DNA of 64,000 nucleotides from positions 24,366,001-24,430,000 of the forward strand of contig NC_135808.1 of assembly GCF_964213995.1 (NCBI RefSeq), in the 5' to 3' direction. Both the position numbers and the translations under genes were made by a program. Positions within the stretch are counted from its first letter, which is position 1. Each line of letters opens with the position of its first letter. Of this stretch, positions 25,655 to 38,007 are shown piece by piece. Under the pieces are notes generated by a model. It made no database searches. It saw only the letters and a list, made by a program, of their open reading frames with translations, and was not told the origin of the DNA. The DNA comes from Mustelus asterias. Taxonomy: Eukaryota.

Positions 25655-25835
25655 CTGATTGGACACAAAATAGGACAACCAATTAGAATAAAGAGATTCA
25701 GTGAGTCATCGGTCTCCGGCAGAATAGACACAAACAGGGTGAGAAACTGCCTCAATGTTGAGAACTATCCAATCAGGTAAATACAGCTCCTGACATCATC
25801 GGTTGCCGGGTGGAATCAGCTGAAAAGAGTTTGAT
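25655..25835 (-). promoter_or_regulatory. MHC SXY-type promoter with two X1-X2-Y modules (25769-25810 and 25679-25720) and a CCAAT box (25658-25662)
   Basis: Minus strand reads CCCGGCAACCGATG-ATGTCA...CTGATTGG and GCCGGAGACCGATG-ACTCA...CTAATTGG. Each has 20 nt between X1 and Y, matching the RFX/CREB/NF-Y arrangement of MHC promoters. Confidence 0.8.
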
Positions 25836-26543
25836 ACAGTGACAGAGGGAAGGACATTAAGAACAGCAGCAGGTCTGAGCGAACCATTCAGTGAGATCAC
25901 TGCTGATCTGGACCCCAGTTTCTGACTATAAACCATATCCTCAGATATCATTACCCAATAAAAATCTGTCACTCTGAGATTGAAAAGCTCCAATTGTTAA
26001 CTTTTTATTGTGGAGAGACTGGATGTGGATTCCACACTGCTGAATTATTTTAACATTATAAACAGATCGATCAGATCACCCATCAACATTCTAAAAGCTG
26101 GGGAATAAAAACCCCTTTTATTTAACCTCCTTTTATTATTCTGGTGATCAGAACTGCACCCCCTCCAAGACCAATCTCCCCTTCCTGAGGTGTGGTGTCC
26201 AGAACTGAACACAGTGACTCCAGAAAGTGTCTGACCAAGACTCTGTTAAACTGAAGCTTCACTTCCATCACTTTATATACCAGCCCCCTCCAGATAAAGT
26301 TCAATGTGCCCTTAGAGAGAATGGTGAAATGGGCAGACACAAATACAATGCAGAGAAGCGTTTTAAGTTATGCAGTTTGAAATGAAGTAGTTTAAACTGA
26401 ATGGGACGGTTATAAAGGGATTGTGGGAACAGAGAGACCTGAGTGAATATGATGGTGGCAGGAAGGTGTGATAAGACTATTAAAGAAGCATATGGAACCC
26501 ATTGCTTTATAAATAGAAGCACAGATTACAAAAGCAAGGAGGT

Positions 26544-27172
26544 TGTGGAATTGTATGAACTAAAGAATAGCATGATGGGAAAATTGGTACAATATAAGAA
26601 AGACTGACTCCGCAGAACTAAAAACATGACTGACCTCCGTGTAAATCTGATAAAGCTGACTTCGTATAACTTATGACGTGAATGAGATCAGTGAAGGTCA
26701 AGCTCTTCCAATTTCCTGATCTCTAAGGCCCGATAAGATTGATTCCTCATAGCCTAAGACTATAGGAGTAAATAAAACAAGATAAGGTCAGGGATGACGG
26801 AAATCACCGACCTTCGTCTGTTACATCAATGGGCAAGATAAGGGTATGAATGATGCGACAAAAGGTTCTGGGAGGTCAACAGGTTATAACATGATTAATG
26901 GTATTGCTTATACTTCTATTCATGATCGAATTCCTGAATAAGCTGTGGTCACGCTAACTGATAATGATTATGTATAAATACTGAACTGTTTCTTTCTGTA
27001 AGCGCGGACTTGGGGAAGAACTAGTATGTTGTAATAACTGCTCTCTGAACTCAAATTTCAGCCAAAAACTGCATGCAGTCTTTTCGTAAATAAAGGCTTG
27101 TTATTTTGTCTGAACTAACATTGTTGAGTTTTTCTATCACAGTCAAGAAGCAGAAAAGTTTCCACTTCAACA
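26544..27172 (+). mobile_element. Solo LTR, 629 bp
   Basis: TGTGGAA...TTCAACA termini, 4-bp target duplication AGGT, TATAAA (~26973) and AATAAA (~27089); interrupts a CR1 remnant. Confidence 0.8.
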
Positions 27173-28341
27173 AGGTCACGCTGAACATTAATGAACTATT
27201 GGTTAGATCCCAGCTGGAGCATTGTGTCCACTTCTGGTCACAATGTTTCAGGAAGGATGTCGCGGCCTTGGAGAGGGTGCAGAGGAAATTTGGTGAAATA
27301 TTGGAGATGAGAAACTTCTGACTGACAGTAGGAGTAATTCAATGTGTTGGGACAATCATATCTTCCAAAAACAAACGTGGAAAGGCATTGCATTATCTGG
27401 GTAATGGATAATGACCTGCATTTTTTTTTAAGAAGGCCATAAGTTCTCCTTGGACAGGGAGCCAGCCTGCCTTCACCTGAGTTGTGTGGTACTTGAGGAA
27501 GAGATGTTTGTTTGTTCTGAACTGGAATCACTTTAATTGATGGGGAATAAAACGGAAAAGCAAAGGCTAGTGATGATCTGGAAATCACATTGGAGGGACA
27601 GACTTTAAGTTTTGAACCTGTTGGTTTTGAACTCAGTCTCTTTGGGGAATAAGTTGAGAAATGGAGATGGCCCGACCTGATTCTCTCTCTGTCTTGCCTC
27701 AAATTGTGTCTGGTTCGCAACCTGCTGCCAGAGAATCCTCATCTGAGTGTAACCTGTCTGCATTTTGGACCTGCAAAGCTGAAACAGGAAGAATTGGTCC
27801 AGATCCATATTCTCCTCCGTGCCAGAGCTCTGTTGGTGTGAAACTCCAGACATCCACTGGTCTTCACATGAGGGAACACCAGCTCAACAGCATTGAACCC
27901 CTTCAAACTTTATCCTTTATTTTAAAAAGCCTATCCTCTAAAGGCCGTCTCTGCTTAGAGACCCGATCTGTTGTTCTTTAAATGCACAGAAGTTGAGAGC
28001 AATGTATTTGCATGAATAGGGGATTGGCTAATGGACAGGAAACATTGATTTGGCATAAATGGGGCATTTACAAGTTGGCCAACTGTGACTAGTGGAGTGT
28101 CACTAGGATCAGTGCTGGGACAATCAGTCATTTACAATCTTTATTTGTGACTCAGACCAAGAGACAGACTGTGATGGATCTAAATTTGCAGCAGCTGCAA
28201 AGTTCGGTGGAAATGAGGAGAGTCAAGAGAGCTTTTTTAAAAAAATCATGATCTCTGCAGCTCTTACATCTTCAATATTTTCTCAGCTCGCAGCCTCAGC
28301 TGATGTCATTTGCTGCTGGTTTGATTGGAGATGTCCTTTTA

Positions 28342-29762
28342 TAAGACCATAAGACATAGGAGCGGAAGTAAGGCCATTCGGCCCATCGAGTCCACTCCAC
28401 CATTCAATCATGGTTGATTTCAACTCCATTTACCCGCTCTCTCCCCATAGCCCTTAATTCCTCGAGAAATCAAGAATTTATCAATTTCTGTCTTGAAGAC
28501 GCTCAACGTCTCGGCCTCCACAGCCCTCTGTGGCAATGAATTCCACAGACCTACCACTCTCTGGCTGAAGAAATTTCTCCTTATCTCTGTTCTAAAGTGA
28601 CTCCCTTTTATTCTAAGGCTGTGCCCCCGCGTCCTAGTCTCCCCTGCTAATGGAAACAACTTCCCTACGTCCATCCTATCTAAGCCGTTCATTATCTTGT
28701 AAGTTTCTATTAGATCTCCCCTCAACCTCCTAAACTCCAATGAATATAATCCCACGATCCTCAGACGTTCATCGTATGTCAGGCCTACCATTCCTGGGAT
28801 CATCCGTGTGAATCTCCGCTGGACCCGCTCCAGTATGTCCTTCCTGAGGTGTGGGGCCCAAAATTGCTCACAGTACTCCAAATGGGGCCTAACCAGTGCT
28901 TTATAAAGCCTCAGAAGTACATCCCTGCTTTTGTATTCCAAGCCTCTTGAGATTAATGACAACATTACATTTGCTTTCTTAATTACGGACTCAACCTGCA
29001 AGTTTACCTTTAGAGAATCCTGGACTAGGACTCCCAAGTCCCTTTGCACTTTAGCATTATGAATTTTGTCACCGTTTAGAAAATAGTCCATGCCTCTATT
29101 CTTTTTTCCAAAGTGTAAGACCTCGCACTTGCCCACGTTGAATTTCATCAGCCACTTCTTGGACCACTCTCCTAAACTGTCTAAATCTTTCTGCAGCCTC
29201 CCCACCTCCTCAATACTACCTGCCCCTCCACCTATCTTTGTATCATCGGCAAACTTGGCCAGAATGCCCCCAGTCCCGTCATCTAGATCGTTAATATATA
29301 AAGAGAACAGCTGTGGCCCCAACACTGAACCCTGCGGGACACCACTTGTCACCAGTTGCCATTCTGAGAAAGAACCTTTTATCCCAACTCTCTGCCTTCT
29401 GTCTGACAGCCAATCGTCAATCCATGTTAGTACCTCGCCTCGAATACCATGGGCCCTTATTTTACTCAGCAGTCTCCCGTGAGGCACCTTGTCAAAGGCC
29501 TTTTGGAAGTCAAGATAGATAACATCCATTGGCTCTCCTTGGTCTAACCTATTTGTTATCTCTTCAAAGAACTCTAACAGGTTTGTCAGGCACGACCTCC
29601 CCTTACTAAATCCATGCTGACTTGTCCTAATCCGACCCTGCACTTCCAAGAATTTAGAAATCTCATCCTTAACGATGGATTCTAGAATTTTGCCAACAAC
29701 TGAGGTTAGGCTAATTGGCCTATAATTTTCCATCTTTTTTCTTGTTCCCTTCTTGAACAGCT
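28342..29762 (-). mobile_element. Young 5'-truncated CR1 LINE with an uninterrupted RT ORF (449 aa)
   Basis: ORF 28420-29769 has NYRPISLTS, QHGF, YLDFQKAFDKVPH, GVPQGSVLGP and KFADDTK, followed by a 3' UTR and microsatellite tail. Confidence 0.95.
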
Positions 29763-31367
29763 GCTTCAATAGCTTAAATGGGGTGTGTCTATTTTAACTC
29801 TGGGTTGTTTTATGATCCTGCATTGCTGGGAGGACGGTCGTGTGTTTTTGGACAGTTTTTTTTCCAATGAGTTTAAGGTTTCATTTTCTGTTTGGCTGCA
29901 GTTAGAGTTGAGTTTCAGAAGGGGCAGCAAGCTGAAAGTCTCTCTCTCTCTCTCTCCCTAGTTTTGAAAATTCTGCTCATTAGCTGAAAGCCTTTCTGAA
30001 GGGGAGAAATCTGCTGTTGGTGGCTTGCCGAGAGTCCCTGGTGTTTGTGGAAGCTGTTCTGACTCCAAACTATTCCGAGTCTATCCAGGGAACTGCAGAC
30101 TTCGTCCAAAGGACTCAAGTCCAGTATCACATGAGCATTAGACTGTGCTGTGTTAACCCTGTGAACAGGGTATTTTGTCTATGGGATTGGTTTGATTGGA
30201 ACACATTAGATATATTTGTTGAGGATTATACATTATAGCGGTTGTTTTGTTTCTTGTCTGTAATTGATGAGAGTTCTTGCTAATTTTCTGACTGTACAGA
30301 TTAACTATATTCTTAAATAAACTTTGTTTGATAAAAGCTCCCCAGTGGGTCATTTGAATCATATCTGAAGGGAAGCCTATCATGCTCTTCCGAGCCAAAT
30401 TGATGATGCAAAACTTATGATCCAGGCGAGCTCCATAAAACCCTTTCTAGTTTCTGACCTCAACCATAACAGGCTTGTATTTGCTGGAGTTGAGAAGAAT
30501 GAGGGGCATCTCATAGAAACTATAAAATTGTAACAGGAAGAGACAGAGCAGGTGCAGGAAGGATGGTGGGGGAGTCCAGACCATGGGTTGTCCTCTAAAG
30601 ATAAAGGTAAACCATTGAGGACTGAGATGAAGAGAAATATCTTCACCCAGATAGTGGTAAGCCTGTGGAATTCATTACCACAACAAGCCTTTGAGGTTAA
30701 AACATTGTTTATTTTCAAGAAGGAGGGGCGAAGGGGATCAATGGGGGGAGACTGGATCAGGCTATTAAGTTGGAAGATCAGCCATGATAATAATGAATGG
30801 CAGAGCAGGATTGAAGGGCTGAATGGCCTACTCCTGTTCCTCCTTTCTATGTTTCTATGAAACGCAAACTGTATGGAGGACATGGAGAGAGCTGCAAAGT
30901 GATGTGGAGAAGTAAATCAAATGGGCTGCAAGGTGGGAGATGGAGTGTAATGTGGGTGGATGTGGGGGTCACACTGTGTCTCCTGCCAACACAATATGGC
31001 CTTCTGCGCATTCGTACTGGTCCGTACAGATGTCACTTTGCTAAACCAGCCTGCCAGGAGACCTTTACATTGAAGCAAGTCCAGCCTTCACTAAGAGCGT
31101 CCCACTTTGCTCCACCGTGCAAGGGAGAAATAAAGAGAGGGCAGAGTGAGAGACAGAGTCAGAGTGAGTCTTGGCTGTGTGGCACAGATGATCAAACAAA
31201 GTATTGGTTCCAGGAAACCTTGTAAAGTCTGTTTCTTACCTAAAAAAAAGTTATATCAAAGAGGCAGTCTCATCTCTTTGTGATATTGTTTCGGAGACAA
31301 GCACAGGATTAATCTCACACTCAGCCTCTCTGACCTATTGAAATATCTGCAGATTTGAAATGTTTTT

Positions 31368-31976
31368 TAAAGTTTATTTTAAAGTTATTTATTAGTCACA
31401 AGTATGCTTACATTAACACTGCAATGAAGTTGCTGTGAAATCACAGAATCACAGAAACCCTACAGTGCAGAAAGAGGCCATCGGGCCCATCGAGTCTGCA
31501 CCGACCACAATCCCACCCCATATCCCTACATATTTACCCGCTAATCCCTCTAACCTACGCATCTCAGGTCACTAAGGAGCAATTTTAGCACGGCCAATCA
31601 ACCTAACCCGCACACCTTTGGACTGTGGGAAGAAACCGGAGCACCCAGAGGAAACCCACGCAGACACAAGGAGAATGTGCAAACTCCGCACAGACAGTGA
31701 CCCAATCTGGGAATCGAACCCAGGTCCCAGTGAAAATCCCCTAGTTGTCACACTGCGGTGCATGTTCGGGTACACTGAGGGAGAATTTAGCATGGCCAAT
31801 GCACCTAAGCAGCACGTCTTTCAGACTGTGGGAGGAAACCAGAGCACCCGGAGAAAACCCACACAGACACGGGGAGAACGTGCAAACTCTGCACAGACAA
31901 TGACCCGAAGCCGGAATTGAATCCAGGACTCTTGCGCTATGAGGCAGCTGTGCTAACCACTTGCCATCATGCCGCC
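31368..31976 (-). mobile_element. Nested pair of V-domain SINEs (inner, 5'-truncated ~31441-31728)
   Basis: Outer SINE is interrupted at GTGAAA and resumes at AGTGAAAATCCC. Confidence 0.8.
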
Positions 31977-33162
31977 CACAACTGATTCTGTGTATGGGTA
32001 CTTCTGAGATCAGGGCTCATTTATTGACTTATTAATTCAGGTGAAATGAAGTCAAACAGTTTTGTCTGTGGGTTCAGTGAATACACATGGCATAATGACT
32101 GTGTCTTTGAGTTGAAATGTGGCTTCCTGTTTCACATAGTTGGAAAGTACTCAAACTGCTTGTATGTGGCAGAGGACACAGCTGTGGGGGCTATTCAACT
32201 TTGCTATCAAGGATGGAAAAGCCGAACACTTTTAAAATGAGTCACTTGTATGCAGTCTACAAGGAACACAGAAACTCCTCCAGGTAGAATCATAGAGGGA
32301 GAATGTGCAAACTCCACATAGAGTCATGTAAACTCGGATTGGACCCAGGTCCCTGGTGCTGTGAGGCAGCAATGTGCCACCGTGCCATGCCTTTAAAGCA
32401 CAACCAGAAAAGCAAATGGGACTTTGGTCTTTATTGTAAAGGGATTACAGAACAGAATAAATCAGCCTTGTGACAAATGTACACACCATTGTTAACACCA
32501 CACCTGTAATTTGTGTCAGTGTTTTTCTGGCAGATGCACAGAGAATGTTTATTTGGAATGATTGGGATTTGTTTTATGAGGAAAAGTTGAGCAGGTTGGG
32601 GACTTTTTCATTAGAGTTTAGAACAATGAGAGGTAATCTCACTGGAAAAGGTTAGACTCTGACAGGGCTTGATAGGGTCGATAGTGAAAGATTCTTTCTG
32701 TTGGTGAGCAATAAAACATGAGGGCAAAGCCTCAGGGTAAGAAGTGAATCATTTAAGATGAGGAGAAATTTCTTCACTCAAAGGGTTGTGAACCTTTGGT
32801 TCTCTACCCCAGAGAATTGTGGATGCTTCATTACTGAAGATATTGAAGAGAGACAGATTTGTGGTGTCCCAGGGAATGGAGGTGTCCAGAGAGTAGGACT
32901 GAAATTGAGATGAGGCAAAAGATGAGCCATGATTGTGTTGAATGATGGGACAGTCTCATGAGGATGAAGAATCTATTCCTGCTGTTACCCCTCATGTTCT
33001 CTACTGACTGAGGGTTAATATCTAACCCCGGCACTCCCTGCTCACAACCCATCATCGATCGAAATCACTGCACACAGAGGGACTAGCAAAATGGTGCTTC
33101 CTTCACCAGGTTGGGAGGGGAATTCTATGGAAAAAAATTTCCAAGCGAGTGTCTCCCAACTG

Positions 33163-33442
33163 CATCCTGTACTGCTACTGTCCCTCTCAGTCTGAGCTGT
33201 GTCCTGTACTGCTACTGTCCCTCTCAGTCTAAGCTGTGTCCTGTACTGATACTGTCCCTCTCACTCTGTGGGCTGTGTCCTGTACTGATACTGTCCCTCT
33301 CAGTCTGAGCTGTGTCCTGTACTGATACTGTCCCTCTCAGTCTGTGAGCTGTGTCCTGTACTGATACTGTCCCTCTCAGTCTGAGCTGTGTCCTGTACTG
33401 CTACTGTCCCTCTCAGCCTGTGGGCAGTGTCCTGTCCTGATA
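33163..33442. repeat. ~37-39 bp minisatellite (CTGTGTCCTGTACTGATACTGTCCCTCTCAGTCTGAG)
   Basis: About 7 copies visible. Confidence 0.9.
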
Positions 33443-33507
33443 TCAAACCCTGTTCTTGTTAAATTATGCAAAGAGTAACTGGACACCAAATACCATTGAA
33501 GAATTCA

Positions 33508-34044
33508 GGGCCGGAATTCTCCCAAAAAAGTTCTAAGTTTAGACTTTGCGGGAAAACTGGTGCAAATCACGCCAGTTTTTTCAGTGCAACTTCACACTTG
33601 ACTCTCCCACACTCTGTGCAATGCAGAGGTCCCAATCGGGAATATCATTAAAAGCTCGAGGGGGGCGGGGCATAGTCACACCGGAGGCTGACAATTCCGG
33701 AACTCTGCGCATGCGCAGTAGCCCCGATCTGTCATTCTCCCAATCACTGGCTATCCCGGGACCCTCGCAGTGCTGCCCCTCCAGCTGATGCTCCCCTCCA
33801 GCAGTGATGATAACCCCACCCCAGCAGACCTCCTCCCCAGCACACCCCCCAGGCTGATCCCTCAGGCCACCCTGATCACTAACCTCCCTCTGGCCTCCCT
33901 CACGGCTCAGATGGTGCTGCATATCTGACGCTGGGAGATGTGCGCACGGCGGAACACAGGCCCGAATCCCGTGAGTCGACCGACACGCAATTCTCTCAAC
34001 CCGCCGTGCAAAACATTAGTGTGGCGGGATGGGAGAATCATCCC
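33508..34044. mobile_element. Probable non-autonomous DNA transposon (MITE-like, GC-rich)
   Basis: Imperfect terminal inverted repeats GGGCCGGAATTCTCCC / GGGAGAATCATCCC around a CpG-rich island in AT-rich DNA. Confidence 0.5.
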
Positions 34045-34919
34045 TCCCCCTCCCCCTCCCCCCAGGATACAAACAGGACACAGCTTGTCCAGTCCTGTTT
34101 GAAACGTTACTGTGTTTGTTCAGGAATGAATTGATTTGAAAAAGTGAGGAGTTGATCGGGCAGAGTTAAATTGAAAGGTAAAATGGTGCACAAAGAAACA
34201 GTATTTGGAGATTTGATGCTTGGATCAGAGTAGGGAAATTGGAATGTTTTGGAGAAAGTCGACAGGAAGAAACAAATAGTGAGAGATCACGGAGATGTGA
34301 GACCAAAGATTAGATTATTGAATCAGGATGAAGAAATGGATCTCGCTGCTTTTCAGAAATGGGCTGTTGATGTCTGGTTGGTGGAATATCAGAAGCAGGT
34401 TCGAAAAAAGAAATTAAAGAAACTCACAAAGTTTAAAATACTGTGTGAACAACCGGGTTGTTTATGTTCAGGGATATCCTGATTTGTAAACAAACAACTG
34501 CTCCTTTTACTTTATGAATATTCCTCCATTCTGTGCACAGATCTAAAGGATGTGAAGCAACCTGTGTCCATGTGGGTGACACGTTGGCACAGTGGTTAGT
34601 GCTGCTGCCTCACAGTACCAGTGACCCAGGTTCAATTCCAGCCTTGGCTCACTGTCAGTTTGGATAAGATGCTCTTTTGGAGAATCAGCATGGAGGTGAT
34701 GAGCTAAATGGCCTCTTTGTGCACTGTAGGAATTCTGTGGATTCTATGTGATGCAAGAGGTGAACAAAATTTAGGCTCAGGCTGATAAGTGGAAGATTAC
34801 ATTCACACCCACAAGTGCCAGGCAATGGCCATCTCTAACATTCGTGAAGCTAACTATCTCACCTTGACATTTGGAGTTACAGAATTGTTCTGGTGTTGAC
34901 AGGCTATTTAGCCCATTGT

Positions 34920-36095
34920 ACGATAATTTTGAAGTTGAAGAAGTTTGTCGAAGTTTTGGAATTGAAACACACTCTGTTGGAAACTCCGCCCTCTGTTGTT
35001 TCAATGTAACAATCTTCAATGTTTCCTTTTCTGTTATTTGTGAAACGTGGTTTTCCCTTAATTTCAACAACCGACATGAGTGAAGAAAGAAGATGTGATG
35101 GAATTTATTTCATCCCCTTTTAAAAGACACGTTTTTAATGTTGAAAAGATCCAGAGTGAAACTTGAAGTGATGTGAGAAAGAATTGTGTGTACAGATGTG
35201 TGTGTGTGTAAACTCCCTGTTCGTGAATGAGGAAAGGCTGTGTGAATGCTCTGCATTGCTGTTCCTTCAGACCAGCTCCAACTCTGATGTTTTTTCCTGA
35301 AAATGGTTCGGTCTTAAGGGGGAGAACAGTTTAAAAGTTTTTAAACTGTGAGCTTGTTACCGCTACAATGAAACTCTGTTGAAACGTGTGAAACATGCGA
35401 GATTTCTAATCCAGATACAACTTCACATCTGTCAGAGTGGGGTCGTTTTTTTAAAGCTTTGATGGTGTAACTTCGAATTCAGGAGCTGAATTTAAGGCGA
35501 TTGCTCATGGATTATTCTTGTGTTTAAAATCTTCATAAAACTCACCCTGCGGAACATTTGGGACTTTATCTTCTAATCCATTTTTCTCCAAGATTTTTAT
35601 TCAGAAATATCCAGTTTGAATTGGTGAATCCACAAGACTTGAAGAAATATCTTTGTTCTGCTGAAACCGCCATTACTCTGAGAACATTGTAACCCAGTCA
35701 CGTTTTAAAATCGCGGTGACAGTGAATTCCTTCACCGAACGTGTTCTAATTTAGAATTAACCCATTCAGCTCCGAGCAGAATAAACCTTTTCTGTTGTTT
35801 TAATAACACACACACACACATACACACAGGTAACAATTGTGTCCAATATTGCAAAGTGTAACAATATTTCCAACAGTGACAAGAATTGGAAACTTATCTG
35901 CAGCTCCAAATGTCAGATCGCGGTGACAGTTTGATACAAAGGCTCTGATATTTCAATGATGTTTGTTATTTCCCCAGACAGAGTGCTTGGGAAGGGGGGA
36001 TGTGACATAAACACACTCTAGTGAATAACAGAAATTAAAAGAAAAAATCAGGAAAGGACAGAAGATATTGGAATTCATGAGTTCAATACATATGA
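34920..36095. other. Duplicated upstream block of copy B (paralog at 8210-9660)
   Basis: Direct sequence match. Confidence 0.75.
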
Positions 36096-37032
36096 GATTC
36101 GCTCCCGATTTCTCACACATTGCGGCGCGAGGCTGAATAAAATACTTGACTACATTTAAAACCTGTTTTGAACAAAATGAGCGAGCCCGCGGCGCAATCA
36201 TCTGGGCTCTCGTCTCTGTGGCCTCACGGGAGAGGTTCTCTCCAGCAAGAATCACAACAGGGACCAGACCCGATGCCTCGCTAGTGGATCCAGAAGCCAT
36301 TGAAGCCACCCCGAGAAGTTGGGGGGAGTGCCTTGCGGACTGTGCCAGCCTGGTATCTTGGAAGTGCCCACCAGGCAGTGGGAGTGGGAAGGGTGTGGAG
36401 CCTGATTATTTGGAGGGGGGCTCTACTGGGGTGGGACCAACCTGTGGTGATGGGGGCGGGGGGGGTGCGCTGCACGCTATGCATTTGCAATTTGAGGTGT
36501 GGGGGGGCTACTGCCACTAAGTATTTGCCATCAGTGAGGGAAGTAGTGGGGGATACTGCATTGCGATCGGTGGTGGGATAGACTGGGAAAGTGGGTCCGA
36601 ATTGGGCAGGCGGGGGTGGGGGGGGGGGGCGGTGGTCACGGGGTTCAATCTGTCCCAGAGGCGCGGTTTGGTCTGTCCGGGTATGTAGGGTGTCGCGGGG
36701 TCAATTGGTCCGACAATCAGGGGTTGCATTAGGCCACGGACCGCCGTGGCAGCTGGGGAGGTCCGTGTTTAGGCTATGGAGGTCTGGTGAAAGCAGCAGA
36801 GGCTGAGTGACAGGGTCACTCTGTCGCTCAGAGCAGAGGGACCTGCACATGCGCAATGGTGTCCTCTGCTGCTTTCAGGCAGCATTCTGGTTCTTTAAGA
36901 CCTGCCCTTTCCCCCCTACAAGGGTGAGAAACAAGTGCATAAGATTGTAGATTTGGATTCGCCTGAAAGACGGATCAGAAACTCTCCCATTTCCATGCTC
37001 TTTCTGGACATAGAATGTTTTTCATAAGATCG
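36096..37032. mobile_element. GC-rich interspersed element, probably a non-autonomous transposon
   Basis: Abrupt GC/CpG-rich insert absent from the paralogous 9650-10700 region; family not recognised. Confidence 0.35.
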
Positions 37033-37120
37033 TCCTCTAGTGTCTGTGCAGAATAAGCAGAGTAAGAAGTTTAACAACACCAGGTTAAAGTCCAACAGGT
37101 TTATTTGGTAGCAAAAGCCA

Positions 37121-37157
37121 CACAAGCTTTCGGAGCTCCAAGCCCCTTCTTCAGGTG
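37121..37157 (-). ncRNA. Minimal type I hammerhead ribozyme motif (Penelope pLTR)
   Basis: CAC-CUGAAGA-A-GGGGCU-UGG-AGCUCC-GAAA-GCUU-GUG. Confidence 0.7.
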
Positions 37158-37970
37158 AGTGGGAATTCTGTTCACAAACAGGGCATATAAAGACACAGAC
37201 TCAATTTACATGAATAATGGTTGGAATGCGAATACTTACAGCTAATCAAGTCTTTAAGAAACAAAACAATGTGAGTGGAGAGAGCTCAATGTGAGATCAA
37301 GACAATCAAGGCATCAAGGATCGCAACAGACACCTCCAGACACTGAAAGATGCCCTCATAAGAACAGGATATAGCGCTCGACTCACTGATCAACAGTTCC
37401 AACGACCCACAGCGAAAAATCGCACCGACCTCCTCAGAAGACAAACACGGGACACAGTGGACAGAGTACCCTTCGTCGTCCAGTACTTCCCCGGAGCGGA
37501 GAAGCTACGGCATCTCCTCCGGAGCCTTCAACATGTCACTGATGAAGACGAACATCTCGCCAAGGCCATCCCCACACCCCCACTTCTTGCCTTCAAACAA
37601 CCGCACATCCTCAAACAGACCATTGTCCGCTAAGCGTTCTCCAAGGCGGCCTTCGCGACACACGACGGCGCAGAGTCGCTGAGCAGAAACTGATAGCCAA
37701 GTTCCGCACACACGAGGACGGCCTCAACCGGGATATTGGGTTCATGTCACACTATCTGTAACCCCCACAGTGGCCTGGACCTGCAGAGTTTCACTGGCTG
37801 TCTTGTCTGGAGACAATACACATCTTTTTAGCCTGACTTTATGCTCTCTCCACTCACGTTGTTTTGTTTCTTAAAGACTTGATTAGCTGTAAGTATTCGC
37901 ATTCCAACCATTATTCATGTAAATTGAGTTTGTGTCTTTATATGCCCTGTTTGTGAACAGAATTCCCACT

Positions 37971-38007
37971 CACCTGAAGAAGGGGCTTGGAGCTCCGAAA
38001 GCTTATG
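37971..38007 (+). ncRNA. Minimal hammerhead ribozyme motif (stem I mismatch)
   Basis: CAC-CUGAAGA-A-GGGGCU-UGG-AGCUCC-GAAA-GCUU-AUG. Confidence 0.6.
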
